IMG/VR virus record: IMGVR_UViG_3300026123_000005
Location: 1 to 57,282 of that record
Length of the DNA: 57,282 nucleotides
From: a virus
Lineage: Duplodnaviria; Caudoviricetes
Strand: one strand, 5' to 3'
The number at the start of each line of letters is the position of its first letter. Positions within the stretch are counted from its first letter, which is position 1. The notes below the pieces were generated by a model, which saw nothing but the letters and a program-made list of their open reading frames with translations, was not told the DNA's origin and did no database searches. The position numbers were made by a program, and so were the translations under genes. Shown here piece by piece: positions 1 to 10,700 of this stretch.

Positions 1-1
1 C

Positions 2-1111
2 TTAATTATTAATGATACCGGCTAATTTACGAAGGTTAATAATCTCAGCGTCACTTTCAGAATTCTGCGCGTGAGCTTTGTTACCCGTAATCTCGCTAGT
101 GCGAGCTTCGTTTAGTTGTTTATTTTGTGACTTATGAGCACTACCGGTTGATTCATTGAGAACCGTTGGTAGGTACTTGTTAAATGCTGCTTCAAGTTTG
201 TTAGTAGCAACAGATTCAAGTAGATTGTTCATTAGGTCACGCTTATCTTTGGCTAATGGGCTTAATAGAGCAGAAAGTTTTTCATTACGAGAAGTCGCTT
301 CTGCGATTCTACGTGCTTTCTTCTCAGCAGCTTCAATTAGCTTTTCTTTTTCAGAAATAGCTTTGCGTGATTCTTCAAGTTGTTCTTTCACACTTAGCAA
401 TTCCTGTGATAGTTTAGAAACTTGAGTGCCTTCAGCTAGGTGAGAACCCATGAATTCAGCAGCGAATGTTTCAAAGATCTTACGACCAAACATATTTTCT
501 TTCGCTGTTTGAATGTCTTCCTTCAGCATACCCAACTCGCTAGATAATGTAGATTCTACAATATTAGCTAGTTTAGCACTTGCTTTAGAAATGAATTCTT
601 TCTTCGCCTCGGCAATCATTTTCTTTCCTTCCTTAACAAGACGTACTTTTTCAGCAAGTAGTTCTTGTTTGTCTTGGTGGAATTCGTTAAGTTCAGTAGC
701 TAGTTGCTCCATCACGAATCCTTCAAGTTTCTCAAAATTTGATTCTTGAAGTTTGCGATCATCTCGCAATTCATTGATTTCACCCTTTAGTGATTCCATC
801 ACAAAGCTATCTAGAAGTTTAGCATGTTCAGCAATTTGCTTTTCATACTTGATTTTTGATTCTACAACAGCGCGTTTGTCTGCCGCAAATTCTTCTAGCT
901 CAGCACGAATAGTATCGCCTAGCATTGCATCTAGAGCTTCTACCATTTGTGCCTTGTCACTTTCGTAACGATTCGCGAATTCTTCGCGGAGTTCCGCTGT
1001 GATTTCCTCACGTGCCTCAGATAGTTTTGCTTCCCACGCTTCTGAAAGCGTAGTGCGTACTTCCTCTGATAACACTTCTGAACTTAGGAGTTGTTCGATT
1101 GCATGAGCCAT
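2..1111 (-). CDS. Prohead core scaffold protein (T4 gp22-like)
   Basis: 369-aa Glu/Lys-rich coiled-coil protein directly downstream of prohead protease; C-terminal 'LRKLAGI' end typical of these scaffolds; major capsid gene expected just outside the window. Confidence 0.8.
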   Translation of the reverse strand: MAHAIEQLLSSEVLSEEVRTTLSEAWEAKLSEAREEITAELREEFANRYESDKAQMVEALDAMLGDTIRAELEEFAADKRAVVESKIKYEKQIAEHAKLLDSFVMESLKGEINELRDDRKLQESNFEKLEGFVMEQLATELNEFHQDKQELLAEKVRLVKEGKKMIAEAKKEFISKASAKLANIVESTLSSELGMLKEDIQTAKENMFGRKIFETFAAEFMGSHLAEGTQVSKLSQELLSVKEQLEESRKAISEKEKLIEAAEKKARRIAEATSRNEKLSALLSPLAKDKRDLMNNLLESVATNKLEAAFNKYLPTVLNESTGSAHKSQNKQLNEARTSEITGNKAHAQNSESDAEIINLRKLAGIINN

Positions 1112-1746
1112 TATTTTCTCCTAATGTCTAGGTTGTTAATAAGTTTAAGTACCTCTTCTTGTAGGTACTTCTCAGCTTTTTTGTCATGGTTGACTGCATT
1201 TGCTACATCCATAAGAATGTTAGCTCTATTGCCACGCATGATTTGCTCGTATAGCGGGTCTGGAAATGCATCCGGAGCACTTGGGTTTGCTACGATATCC
1301 ACGGTGATTATTTCAAAATCACTGACATAACCTCTGTCATCCACATTACCCGAACCGCGTGAACTTACGCCGATTTTACACCCACTCTCTATAAGGGTTT
1401 TACAAATATTTCCCATTGGAGTAGGTAGAATTTTAAGTTTGCCATAACCATCCGAACCGTTCATCCACATGTTTTCAATAACATGAGATACACGGTCTAG
1501 ATTGATGTTTAAATCATCTGGATGGTCGGCTTCGCCTAATACTGATACACCAGACTGTATTCTATCCTGTATAGACTTGACTGCTTTACCAATCTCGTTT
1601 ACAGGATAGATACGCTGGTTTTGATTGCGCTTATCACCTTGAACAAAAATACCTTCCATGAACAGGTTCTTGTTACCGTTTTCGTCTTTCGCTTCGGTAA
1701 CAAGTTGTGCCTGACTGAATGTAAGTTGCTCTCTTAGTGTACGCAT
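1111..1746 (-). CDS. gp21: Prohead core protease (T4 gp21-like)
   Basis: Motifs 'EGIFVQGDKRNQNQRIYP', 'GEADHP', 'GVSSRGSG', 'DIVANPSAPDA'. Confidence 0.95.
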   Translation of the reverse strand: MRTLREQLTFSQAQLVTEAKDENGNKNLFMEGIFVQGDKRNQNQRIYPVNEIGKAVKSIQDRIQSGVSVLGEADHPDDLNINLDRVSHVIENMWMNGSDGYGKLKILPTPMGNICKTLIESGCKIGVSSRGSGNVDDRGYVSDFEIITVDIVANPSAPDAFPDPLYEQIMRGNRANILMDVANAVNHDKKAEKYLQEEVLKLINNLDIRRK

Positions 1747-1748
1747 AA

Positions 1749-2648
1749 TTATTTCTTAGTGCCTGGGGCTTTGTTAATCATAGAGTCAGTTTTTGGTTTT
1801 TCAGGTTTAGCACCTTTCTTCTCTACGCCATGTCCTTTAGACATTTTTTCAAGTTTAGCACCTTCGCCTGGGTGTTTAAAGCCAGTCATTTGCTTAGGAG
1901 CTTTTACTTTGCCGCCAGCTTCTTTCTTACCGCCGCCTGCTGGTAATAGGTCACCGCCCATTGCCGCTGGTTTTTGGATTGCTGGAGATGCTTTACCATC
2001 TTCGCCGTTTGGCATATCTACTGGATGAATTGCGTTTTCTTTGCCAACTTTTTTAAGTTCAGCAGCTTCGTCTAGCTCTTCAACTTCTTCGTCTAGCTCT
2101 TCATCAGCATCTTCAAAAGTGAATTCTTCTTCAACTTCTTCTTCGTCTTCAAAGTCTTCGCCTTCTTCTTCGCCGCCGAATTCCATTTCCATGCCTTCTT
2201 CGCCTTCGTCTTCAGCTTCTTCTTCGCCCATTAGTTTAGCGAATTCAGCTTTAAGGTCAGCTAGAGCATCTTCAACAGAAACCATTTTGTCTTCAAGCTC
2301 AGAATGTTCTGATTCGTGGTCGTCTAACTCGCCATCAGCATCAAAGTCCATTTCGTCACCAGCTAGCTCCATATCAGCTTCTGGTTCCATCATGTCATCT
2401 TCATCTTCTTCTGCTTCAACAAAAGCTTCTTCTGTATCAATTTCATCTTCATCGTCTTCAAGGTCATCTTCAAAACCTTCATCTAGGTCTTCAATTTCCT
2501 CTTCAGCCAATTCATCTTGCTCAACAAGGTCTGTCCAGATCTCGCGAGCTTTTTCAACAAAAGCCTCATGTAGTAGGTCTGAAGCTTTTGCTTCTTCACC
2601 ATTTACTAGAGACTCAATAATTTTTGTATAACGGTCTTGAGCACTCAT
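1749..2648 (-). CDS. Highly acidic prohead core/internal head protein
   Basis: 299 aa with long Asp/Glu-rich middle and Lys/Pro-rich tail; GGAG SD; lies between portal and protease like T4 gp67/gp68. Confidence 0.6.
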   Translation of the reverse strand: MSAQDRYTKIIESLVNGEEAKASDLLHEAFVEKAREIWTDLVEQDELAEEEIEDLDEGFEDDLEDDEDEIDTEEAFVEAEEDEDDMMEPEADMELAGDEMDFDADGELDDHESEHSELEDKMVSVEDALADLKAEFAKLMGEEEAEDEGEEGMEMEFGGEEEGEDFEDEEEVEEEFTFEDADEELDEEVEELDEAAELKKVGKENAIHPVDMPNGEDGKASPAIQKPAAMGGDLLPAGGGKKEAGGKVKAPKQMTGFKHPGEGAKLEKMSKGHGVEKKGAKPEKPKTDSMINKAPGTKK

Positions 2649-2687
2649 TTGTAAATCTCCTTTTCTATAGATAGGTTATAACACTTA

Positions 2688-2695
2688 TATTTAAT
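2688..2695 (-). promoter_or_regulatory. Putative late promoter (ATTAAATA, T4 TATAAATA-like)
   Basis: TAAATA core about 40 nt upstream of the 2648 start; motif recurs upstream of many structural genes. Confidence 0.55.
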
Positions 2696-2717
2696 GTGTT
2701 TTGGTTGTAAGTAAGAC

Positions 2718-2741
2718 AAAACGCGGTTAAAACCGCGTTTT
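2718..2741. terminator. Intrinsic terminator-like hairpin, potentially bidirectional
   Basis: Perfect inverted repeat AAAACGCGGTT-AA-AACCGCGTTTT giving U-tracts on both strands, downstream of the portal operon. Confidence 0.7.
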
Positions 2742-2779
2742 TTGAGAAAAAATCATTTAAAATACGATTATAGTAGTAT

Positions 2780-2974
2780 TTATTCGCCCTGTGCCTGCGC
2801 ATACATATCGCGCCAATTTTCCGCTTCAGTAGCATGTTCAGCCTCAGCAGCCGCTCTGCGCTTACGCATTTTATTCAAATGTTTCAATGTCAAACGGGGA
2901 CGGCGGGTATCATCAATCTCCCACTTGCCGTATTCGTCATCTTTTGCGCTTCTTTCTACTTCATTAAATCTCAT
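2780..2974 (-). CDS. Small basic hypothetical head-module protein (64 aa, MRFNEVERS...)
   Basis: ATG at 2974 with GGAG SD, overlapping the portal 3' end; 'DTRRPRLTLKHLNKMRK' motif; preferred over the 3085 start that lies deep within the portal gene. Confidence 0.7.
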   Translation of the reverse strand: MRFNEVERSAKDDEYGKWEIDDTRRPRLTLKHLNKMRKRRAAAEAEHATEAENWRDMYAQAQGE

Positions 2975-4628
2975 TTTCTTCTCCACCTTCTGCCCCGCTA
3001 ATAGGACTATCAAAGTCTTGTGCCGCTTGGTCATCCATAGCCGCCGCATCATCGCCAAACTCATCATCCACTTCTGTTGGCTCAAAATTATCTATATCAC
3101 CAGCACGAAGTCCTAGAGCATCCATTTCACCCTTGGCATCTTGTTCTGGAGCCGAATCATCACGATTCTCTTCACGCCACATAGCTTCGTTCTCTGTAAT
3201 CTCATCTTCAGTAAGACCAAGATACTTCTTAAGAGCGAATCGGCGTGAAAGATACGGAACACCTTCAAGTTGTCCGAACAATCCAGCACGAGCCGCATCC
3301 AACTCAATATCACGATATTGACTGAACGATTGTGGCTCACCAAACTGTAGATCGTACATGCCAGCAGGAATTTCAATGCCGCGATTTTTAAGGAATAGTT
3401 TGAATTCTTTGTCTAGAGCAGGTAGCATGATTTGCTGTAGTCGTTCACAGTATTTTGAGAATCGGAATTCTTGAATCAATGCTGTGCCAACACGGCCATC
3501 ATTGTATGGAGCAGTGCCGTCTTCTGGGCCAGTAGGCAAGTATGAGCTAGGAACACGAAGACCACGCATCAACTTGTTATTAAAGTATTTTAAGTCATCA
3601 ATCTCGCCTAGGTTATCACCACCCTGTAGTACTTCTACTTTAGAGCCACGACCTTCAGCAGTTTGGGCAAAGAAGTAATCTTCCATGATAGATAGCGGAT
3701 TGTATGCAGCATCCATTACATTTGTACCACCGCCTGTGCGGTTAGGAATACGTGTTTGGTGTACTTCGTTTTTAACTCGTTCTACGAATGACATTGCTTT
3801 GTGCGCTGGCATGTTACCTACATCAATGTAGAATACACGGCGTTCTGGCGCTCGTTGTACACGATAGATAATAATTGAGTCTTCTAATAGCTCTTTTTGT
3901 TTGTATACTTTGAAGATGTTTTCTAGTATAGAAGAACCAAAAGGCCAGCCAATGTTCATGCCGTCAGTTAGGGCAATATGAACAACATTACTTGCATCAA
4001 CAGCGAATTCTTCATTGCTATTAGCACCAGTACCTTGCCAGTTGCCGGTTGTTCCAGGATTAGCAGTGTAACCTGCTTGTGTTTGAATACCAGCATTTTG
4101 AATTTTACGAGTATCAGTTGCTACCAAATCTTGCATATTCAACTGTAAATTTTTTATAATATACTGGTCAATTTCTTTACCGTTTGACTCATTTACAACT
4201 GCTTTAGTTACATCTGCCGGATTAACCCAAATAAGTTTCCATGTCTCAGGGTCACGAATAAAGAACTGGTCACCGTATTTAATAGTTGAACGATATAAAT
4301 TGAATGCGCGGCGCTCCCAATCATTGATGTTACACCACTGCTTCAGAGAAGTTTCAATTGCTCGTACCTCTGATTCAGTCATTTCTGTTTTATAATTTAT
4401 ACGGAAAGGCAGCAATGTCTCTGTATCTGGCTGTGTGCCGAATTCAGCAATAGTGTCTAGTGCCGCATTTACCTCACTATCCATGTCCATTTGGTCGTAC
4501 TGAACATAACGCTCAATACGGTTAGGCTGCCCAGAATATACCTCTGGTAGCCAAGACTGCCATCTATTTGTTTTCGCTCTAGGCGCATCTGAGCCATCAT
4601 AGCGGGTGAAGTGCTTTTTCCAAGACAT
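2964..4628 (-). CDS. gp20: Portal vertex protein (T4 gp20-like)
   Basis: 'LLEDSIIIYRVQRAPERRVFYIDVGNMP', 'EDYFF...EGRGSKVEVLQGG.NLGEIDDLKYF' portal motifs. Confidence 0.97.
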   Translation of the reverse strand: MSWKKHFTRYDGSDAPRAKTNRWQSWLPEVYSGQPNRIERYVQYDQMDMDSEVNAALDTIAEFGTQPDTETLLPFRINYKTEMTESEVRAIETSLKQWCNINDWERRAFNLYRSTIKYGDQFFIRDPETWKLIWVNPADVTKAVVNESNGKEIDQYIIKNLQLNMQDLVATDTRKIQNAGIQTQAGYTANPGTTGNWQGTGANSNEEFAVDASNVVHIALTDGMNIGWPFGSSILENIFKVYKQKELLEDSIIIYRVQRAPERRVFYIDVGNMPAHKAMSFVERVKNEVHQTRIPNRTGGGTNVMDAAYNPLSIMEDYFFAQTAEGRGSKVEVLQGGDNLGEIDDLKYFNNKLMRGLRVPSSYLPTGPEDGTAPYNDGRVGTALIQEFRFSKYCERLQQIMLPALDKEFKLFLKNRGIEIPAGMYDLQFGEPQSFSQYRDIELDAARAGLFGQLEGVPYLSRRFALKKYLGLTEDEITENEAMWREENRDDSAPEQDAKGEMDALGLRAGDIDNFEPTEVDDEFGDDAAAMDDQAAQDFDSPISGAEGGEENEI

Positions 4629-4658
4629 TTTATTTCCTGTAGTAATCTAATATAGTCT

Positions 4659-4666
4659 TATTTATA
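4659..4666 (-). promoter_or_regulatory. Late promoter TATAAATA upstream of portal
   Basis: Exact T4 late consensus on the minus strand, about 30 nt upstream of the ATG. Confidence 0.7.
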
Positions 4667-4681
4667 TCATTATAAATTCTA

Positions 4682-7600
4682 TCATTCGGCTTGAAGTTTT
4701 TTGAATTCGCCGACAATACTTTCCATCTCACTGAGTAATTTTAACATAGTTTCTTTGCCAAGTAAAGCTTCTTTTATATCACGAATGTCTATGTTATTAT
4801 CGTTATTTGTATCTCCTACATCATATTCATCGTACATATCATCCAGACGCACTTTGAACTGATTCAACACTTGACCAGATACCGGATTATCACTATCAGA
4901 ACGAATTGATTGTACGATACCAGCAGCCGTAATAAACGCATCAGCTATTTTTTCTTCATTTGTAACAAGCTCAACTTTCGTTCTGGATGTAGTTTGTATA
5001 GGTTCTGGCTTCTCTGTTTCCCTTGGTGTTTTCACCTGAAGATTTTCGTTTGCTACTCTATCGTTGATAGATGATACCTCTTCAGTTTTAACAGAAGGAC
5101 GTGTCTGAATGGCTGGTTCAGCTATTTCGTGCTCTACATTAACAGGCCCAGAATCAACATCATGTTCAACATTATGATTCACATTTATTGTAGCTGGAGA
5201 TGGTGCAGGAAGTATTTCATGTTCAACCTTTACATCGTCTGGTTGTTCCATCTCAAGATTAACAGTTGTTTCTAAATATTTCGTATGAACAGGGTCTGGT
5301 ATCTCAACAATAGTCGGTTGAACATTTCTATCTACTGATTCTGGTACTACTGGAACAGATTCTTTTGGTTCAATTCTGGAGTCGGTGTTTTCTCGTATCT
5401 CAACAGTAGTTTTTGGAACAATCTCTGGATTTTCAAGTTCATTCGTGACAACTACTCTAGGTGGTTCAATATTATTATCATCAAATCCTCGTATATCAAC
5501 AATAGTAGGTTGTTGTACATCAGTGTCGGAATTTGTTACATCGTTGTATTCTACTTGAACAGGTTCAGTCAGTGTATTGTTTCTTTCATCAGTAACTTCT
5601 ATTTTTTCGCCTGGTTTTAATTCATGTTGTACAGTCGGCAATAAAACCTCAGGCTTAACAGCCAAGTCATATTCTTGCTTGGATACTTCTACCTCTTTAC
5701 CATCTACTATTTTAGCATACTTACTGAAATCTCTCAGACCAATCATGCCAGCTTCTTTGAGTTTTTCTATGCCATATTGTTGTACAACAGCCGCCCTAGC
5801 TTCTTGTGTCGTTTTGCCTTCAGATTTCAATTTCTCTATTTGAGCATTCAATTCTTCCGCAAATGCGTCATCTTCTATTTCCTGAGTGTTGAAATTTCTA
5901 TAATAAGGCTCAGTAATATAACTAGCGTTAGTATCCACTCGCGGCCGCATAGGATTCAACCCTTCGGAGGCTGGCAAGAACACATCATTCCACCAACTAT
6001 CCATAGAAGGGTCAAGTGAATTTATATCCAATTCATTTGTAGGCGGTGCGGTTACGTCATCACCAGTTCCATTCACAGCTTTTTTGACCCAATCGGTCGC
6101 TTTCTGCATTATATCTGTGAATTCCTTCACTGTCTCGGAAGACGACTGTAAATCCAGTGTTATTGCTTCTTGTGCTTGTATGAAAGTAGTAGTCATGTTG
6201 TTCATAGAAACAACAGATTGTCCAGCTATTTCAGACAACTCGCCGGTTCTCTTGACATACTCATAAAATCCACCAGCTTCATTGATTTTTTCACCTACAT
6301 CTTTGGTTCTGTTTCTTATTTCGTTTTCAGCAACAGATAATGTCCATGCCAACTCTGCCAACTCACTCGTGTTGCCAGATAACTTAGCAAATTGGTCCGC
6401 TTGCTCAGCAAATCTACCTGCATTGAAAAATTCAGTCATTTCTTCAAATGCTACTTCTTCGCCTTTGCCTACCCTATTCAACAAGTCAGATAAACCCGAT
6501 TGACGAACCAGTTGTTGTAGTGCTGGATTGTTAGATAGTTGATGCTCTATGTTGAATAGACTAGGATTATCCGCATGAACCGCTATGCCTTCAATCATCG
6601 CCTTTTGAAGCTGGTCAAACAACGGCTTAGCTCCTGACTCGCCTGACATTTCAGCAAATAAACCTAAAGCGTTTAATGTTTCATTTACTCGTGTGGCAAC
6701 ATCTCCGTGTCCGGATTTTTCTAAATCTGTTAATGCCGAACCACGCATTACATCATTCATGCCGTCTAACATACTCTTCAGAACAGCACTACGATTCATA
6801 CCAGTCAAACTGGCATACGCTGTAGTTTCCAACATCAATTTGTTAAAGCTTTCGTTTAGAGCATTTTTATTAGATTCAATGTCACCATTGATTCTTCCTT
6901 GACGCACTTGCGTTTCAATGTATTGGGCATAAACATTCATCAATTCATCATGTGATAACCCATAGTCGCCAAATTTATCTGACAGTTTGAGTATGCCTTC
7001 GTCACCACTTATTAAGTCCGCAAATACTTTAGTACCATCTGACACGCCTTTTGATAATCCAGCGATACCAAATCCATATTGTGTAACTACATTAGTTAAT
7101 TGAGCATATGTTATACCATTTTGCTGAACTTGAGTATATAAATCGTTGAATGCGCCTGAAGTATCAAAGAATATGACACCACTATCAATCATAGATTGCT
7201 GGGCTTCAGCAAATTGCTCCATTTTAGCGGCATTCCAACCTACCCAGGTCATAAATGTACCAGCTGCCGCAACACCTACATCGCCTAGCATAGATGCTTT
7301 ATCGCCGAATTTACTAGCCCATTTAGAGCCTTTTAGGAATTCGGATGTGACGCCTCCGGCACCCTCAGCAAGAGCACCCATAGCATTTGTCATACCTGTT
7401 AAGGGACGAGAAGTATCGTTTAAAGCGCCAGCTATTTTAGAACCAGAAGACCTTAACTTATCAGTGATTGCTTTACTTTTTTCTTTCTCTTTTTTAGCCG
7501 CGTCTCGGATAGCGCCATCTAAATTAGCTAACGCATCTTGAAACTCTTCAGAATCTAAATCAAGTGACCTAATGGCATTTTCTACCATTTCGTGATTAGT

Positions 7601-7708
7601 ACTATTTTTTCTTGCCTCTATCAACAACTGTTGTAAAGTACTTTCCGAAGCCCACGCTGGTATCGCAATAGTTGAACCGTCTGGTAATCGTATGTTATTT
7701 GTTGCCAT
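4682..7708 (-). CDS. Tape-measure-like / large virion protein (1008 aa)
   Basis: Ala/Gly-rich helical N-terminal half, Pro/Val/Glu-rich low-complexity C-half; N-terminal 'PAWASESTL' shared with the adjacent gene. Confidence 0.5.
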   Translation of the reverse strand: MATNNIRLPDGSTIAIPAWASESTLQQLLIEARKNSTNHEMVENAIRSLDLDSEEFQDALANLDGAIRDAAKKEKEKSKAITDKLRSSGSKIAGALNDTSRPLTGMTNAMGALAEGAGGVTSEFLKGSKWASKFGDKASMLGDVGVAAAGTFMTWVGWNAAKMEQFAEAQQSMIDSGVIFFDTSGAFNDLYTQVQQNGITYAQLTNVVTQYGFGIAGLSKGVSDGTKVFADLISGDEGILKLSDKFGDYGLSHDELMNVYAQYIETQVRQGRINGDIESNKNALNESFNKLMLETTAYASLTGMNRSAVLKSMLDGMNDVMRGSALTDLEKSGHGDVATRVNETLNALGLFAEMSGESGAKPLFDQLQKAMIEGIAVHADNPSLFNIEHQLSNNPALQQLVRQSGLSDLLNRVGKGEEVAFEEMTEFFNAGRFAEQADQFAKLSGNTSELAELAWTLSVAENEIRNRTKDVGEKINEAGGFYEYVKRTGELSEIAGQSVVSMNNMTTTFIQAQEAITLDLQSSSETVKEFTDIMQKATDWVKKAVNGTGDDVTAPPTNELDINSLDPSMDSWWNDVFLPASEGLNPMRPRVDTNASYITEPYYRNFNTQEIEDDAFAEELNAQIEKLKSEGKTTQEARAAVVQQYGIEKLKEAGMIGLRDFSKYAKIVDGKEVEVSKQEYDLAVKPEVLLPTVQHELKPGEKIEVTDERNNTLTEPVQVEYNDVTNSDTDVQQPTIVDIRGFDDNNIEPPRVVVTNELENPEIVPKTTVEIRENTDSRIEPKESVPVVPESVDRNVQPTIVEIPDPVHTKYLETTVNLEMEQPDDVKVEHEILPAPSPATINVNHNVEHDVDSGPVNVEHEIAEPAIQTRPSVKTEEVSSINDRVANENLQVKTPRETEKPEPIQTTSRTKVELVTNEEKIADAFITAAGIVQSIRSDSDNPVSGQVLNQFKVRLDDMYDEYDVGDTNNDNNIDIRDIKEALLGKETMLKLLSEMESIVGEFKKLQAE

Positions 7709-10700
7709 TTACACTGTCCTCTGATATGCTGCCGCATTGGCACGGTGAAGTGTCGTGCCTATATTTCGCATTCTGCGATTTATTTCATTATCCAACGCAT
7801 TTGATTTTTTCAAATATTCCGTTATGTCTGCAACTGAGTCTGTTTCAGGTTTCTCAGAATTTCGCTTTTCTTCTTCAATTTCTTGCCCGGTGGCAGACTG
7901 TGGATACTGCGAAGTGTCATAAACCGAAGGAATTGCCTTTCCACTAGGAGAAGAAAACGCAGGAGGCATTGCCGCCGGATTTCCATATGTTGTATCACCA
8001 AACTCACTCGGAGTCGGCGGTGTATTAGCTTTGATTAATTCCCCTAGTGCATCATTTAATACATCCGATGCTTCATATGCCAACCGGTCAATATTCTCAT
8101 TGGCCATCTCATCTTGACCTAAACCAAATCTATTGTTAATTTCTTCCTCAGTCAAATACTCACCTTCGTATTCCCAGCGTTGCTCTGCCGTCGGCTGAGG
8201 TGTTGTTTTTACTTTAGGTTGCGATTTTTCTTCTTGATGAGAATCATAGTCTTCATTTATACCTTTAGCGAAATTTACAGCAAGATTGTCTTCACTGTAG
8301 GTTGAAGGAATATCAACCTCTACAGTGCTTGACAAATCAGGCATAGTCTCTTCAGATTGCTCTACTAACTGTTCTTCACTGCGTTTTATACTCGCTTCGG
8401 CATTTTTCGCCTCCATTCGGCGCAGTGATGCTAACTCGGTTTCAAATGCTTTTATCACTCTCTTGTTAGGGTTTTCGTATGCCTTGTTTCTACGAATACT
8501 TTCCTCTACCGCCTGTATCCTTGCTTCCAGTGTCAAGTCTTTGTACGGTATATGAGGCGTTGGCTCAGAAGATGGCTCAACTATTTGTCTCTCTAATTCA
8601 CTTTCCACTTGCTCTTTAATGTCAGGCACAGATGCCTGTGAAGGAATAGGAGTCTCTGTTTTATCTTCTTTTTGGTCGGTCGTGCGAATATCCTGTGAAG
8701 TTTTAGTCTCGTGTTCATCTAATGCCTCTATGACCTGTCCTTTTACATCAACAACAGGCACATCCGAAGGCTTATTCTCAGTCAATACATCTTCTACTTG
8801 CTCTTTTACATCAACAACAGGTGGCGCGGACAACTTGTCTTTTGTCAATACATCTTCTACTTGCTCTTTGATATCGGGCACAGATTTTTTCTGAGGTTTT
8901 GGCTGCTCCGATTTATTTGCTAATTGATTCTTAGCGTCAATCAATGCCTTTCTATACGCATCAATACTAATATTAGCAGAGTTTTGACCATCACCTTCAT
9001 AGTATGATTCTCCCGCACGAACTCTACGATTTCTTCCTGCCATATCATATGGCACAGGCAATGCTGCCCATTCCATAGCTCCAGCAGTCATTGCTTCCTC
9101 CACGGAAACTTCACGACCGTTGTATGGCGTACCTTTTAGGAAAGCAGACAGCATAGGACGTTTAACACCACCCAATAAGAACCAATCAGTTGCCATCTTA
9201 TCCTGCATTTCAGCATTAAAGATAGCATCTTTATCGTATCCTCCTCGTTCAACTGCTTCCTTGAATGTTGAAGGTATCATTTGATACTTGCCTACCGCAC
9301 CTAACCTTTCGCTGCGACTCGCTTCATTTTGCCAGTACATCACCTCGGCAATAGTCATCTCAGTTAGCTTTTTACCGCCCCTACTTGTATCTAAATCCGA
9401 ACCAGTAGGATTATTACTCGCATCATAACTGCCACTCGCTTCGCCTTTGCCAATTAACGACAACAAATTTGTTAGAGGAACTTCGGCATTGGTCATGGTA
9501 GTAGGCACTAACTTTTTACTATCCATGGTAACGAATACTTTTCCATCTGCGGTAGTATTAACAGTCTCGCCTTTTTTAACATTCATTATAGACTTTGAAC
9601 CGTCTGGATTTTTCACTACTACAGTTTTGCCATCATCGCCCAACGATATTTTGCGATTGGCACTAAATTCTAAATCTTGTTGAGCCGATACCTGTCTTTC
9701 TGACAAAATTCGGTCTATACGTTTTTGTGCTACTCGTTTTTTCGCATTTGATGATGTAGGTCTATCTAATATCTCTTGATATCGTTTCATATCATCAAGA
9801 GCCTGGCGGTCGGCTTCTTGTTTTTTTAGCATATTTGCTAATTGCTCTTCAGCCGCTTCTTTTGGGTCTAATGTACCACTTGGCAACATAGTAGTAATAG
9901 CAGAAACACTTAATCCTAGTGATGATTCAAATATCTCAAGGAATGCCTGAAGATTTCTATGTTTAGGAATAATCGCAGAATACATATTTCTCAATGATAT
10001 TCTGGCTCCATCTATAACCTCAATTGCGTCATCCGCTGTGTCGGCTAGGGTGCCGACATTCAAAAGGTCATCCTTTAATTCATCATATGATTTTTTGCTT
10101 AATAACTTGACAGTGTTCTTTGCCTGCGCTAAGTTTTCATTGAATGTTGTAAAATATTCATTACCACGAGCATCAGCAAAATCCTGATTGGCGAGTGTTT
10201 TTGCCGCATCACCGAATCGTCGGAGCATATACATTGAATCAGTTGCCGCCGAATCAGCGTCAGTAATTACTGCCTGCATTGCCGTTAGAATCATTTCTTG
10301 CGTTTCCATAGGGAATGCTGATAATTGCGTAGCTAATTCTTCTCCTATGTCGTTCTTTATATCGGTATCAAAACGTGTATTCTGAATGCCTCGTTTCGTT
10401 GCATCCATTATCAATTCTTGTAATCCTGGTCCAAGCATTTTAGCAGCCATTGCCAAGTTTCCGTATGCTTCATTAACCATTGCCGGGCCAGCTTCGCCAT
10501 ACATTTTTTGAAACTCTTCTTGGTTAATTCTCATTGCGGTGACAATATCAACATCTGTTTTGGCTTGCTCACGTTCTGCCAATAACTCGCTTCGTTTGTC
10601 ACCAGTGACATTGGCAAGCATGGTCGCTATTTCAGTAGACGTTGTAAATGCCTCAGCAATTCTTTTCTGTGTTTGTTGATTCAGTGAATCCAAGTCACTG

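Noticed and set aside
1759-2631. Ser-rich plus-strand ORFs, and other antisense ORFs such as 15803-16627 and 33896-34648
   Set aside because: Shadow frames of real genes on the opposite strand, caused by codon bias.
2975-3085. Extended N-termini in the ORF track (3085, also 43600 and 54874 starts)
   Set aside because: They overlap upstream genes extensively; downstream ATGs with SD or stop-start coupling are better starts.
8600-8885. Periodic repeats as a CRISPR array
   Set aside because: In-frame, degenerate coding repeats without unique spacers; no cas genes.
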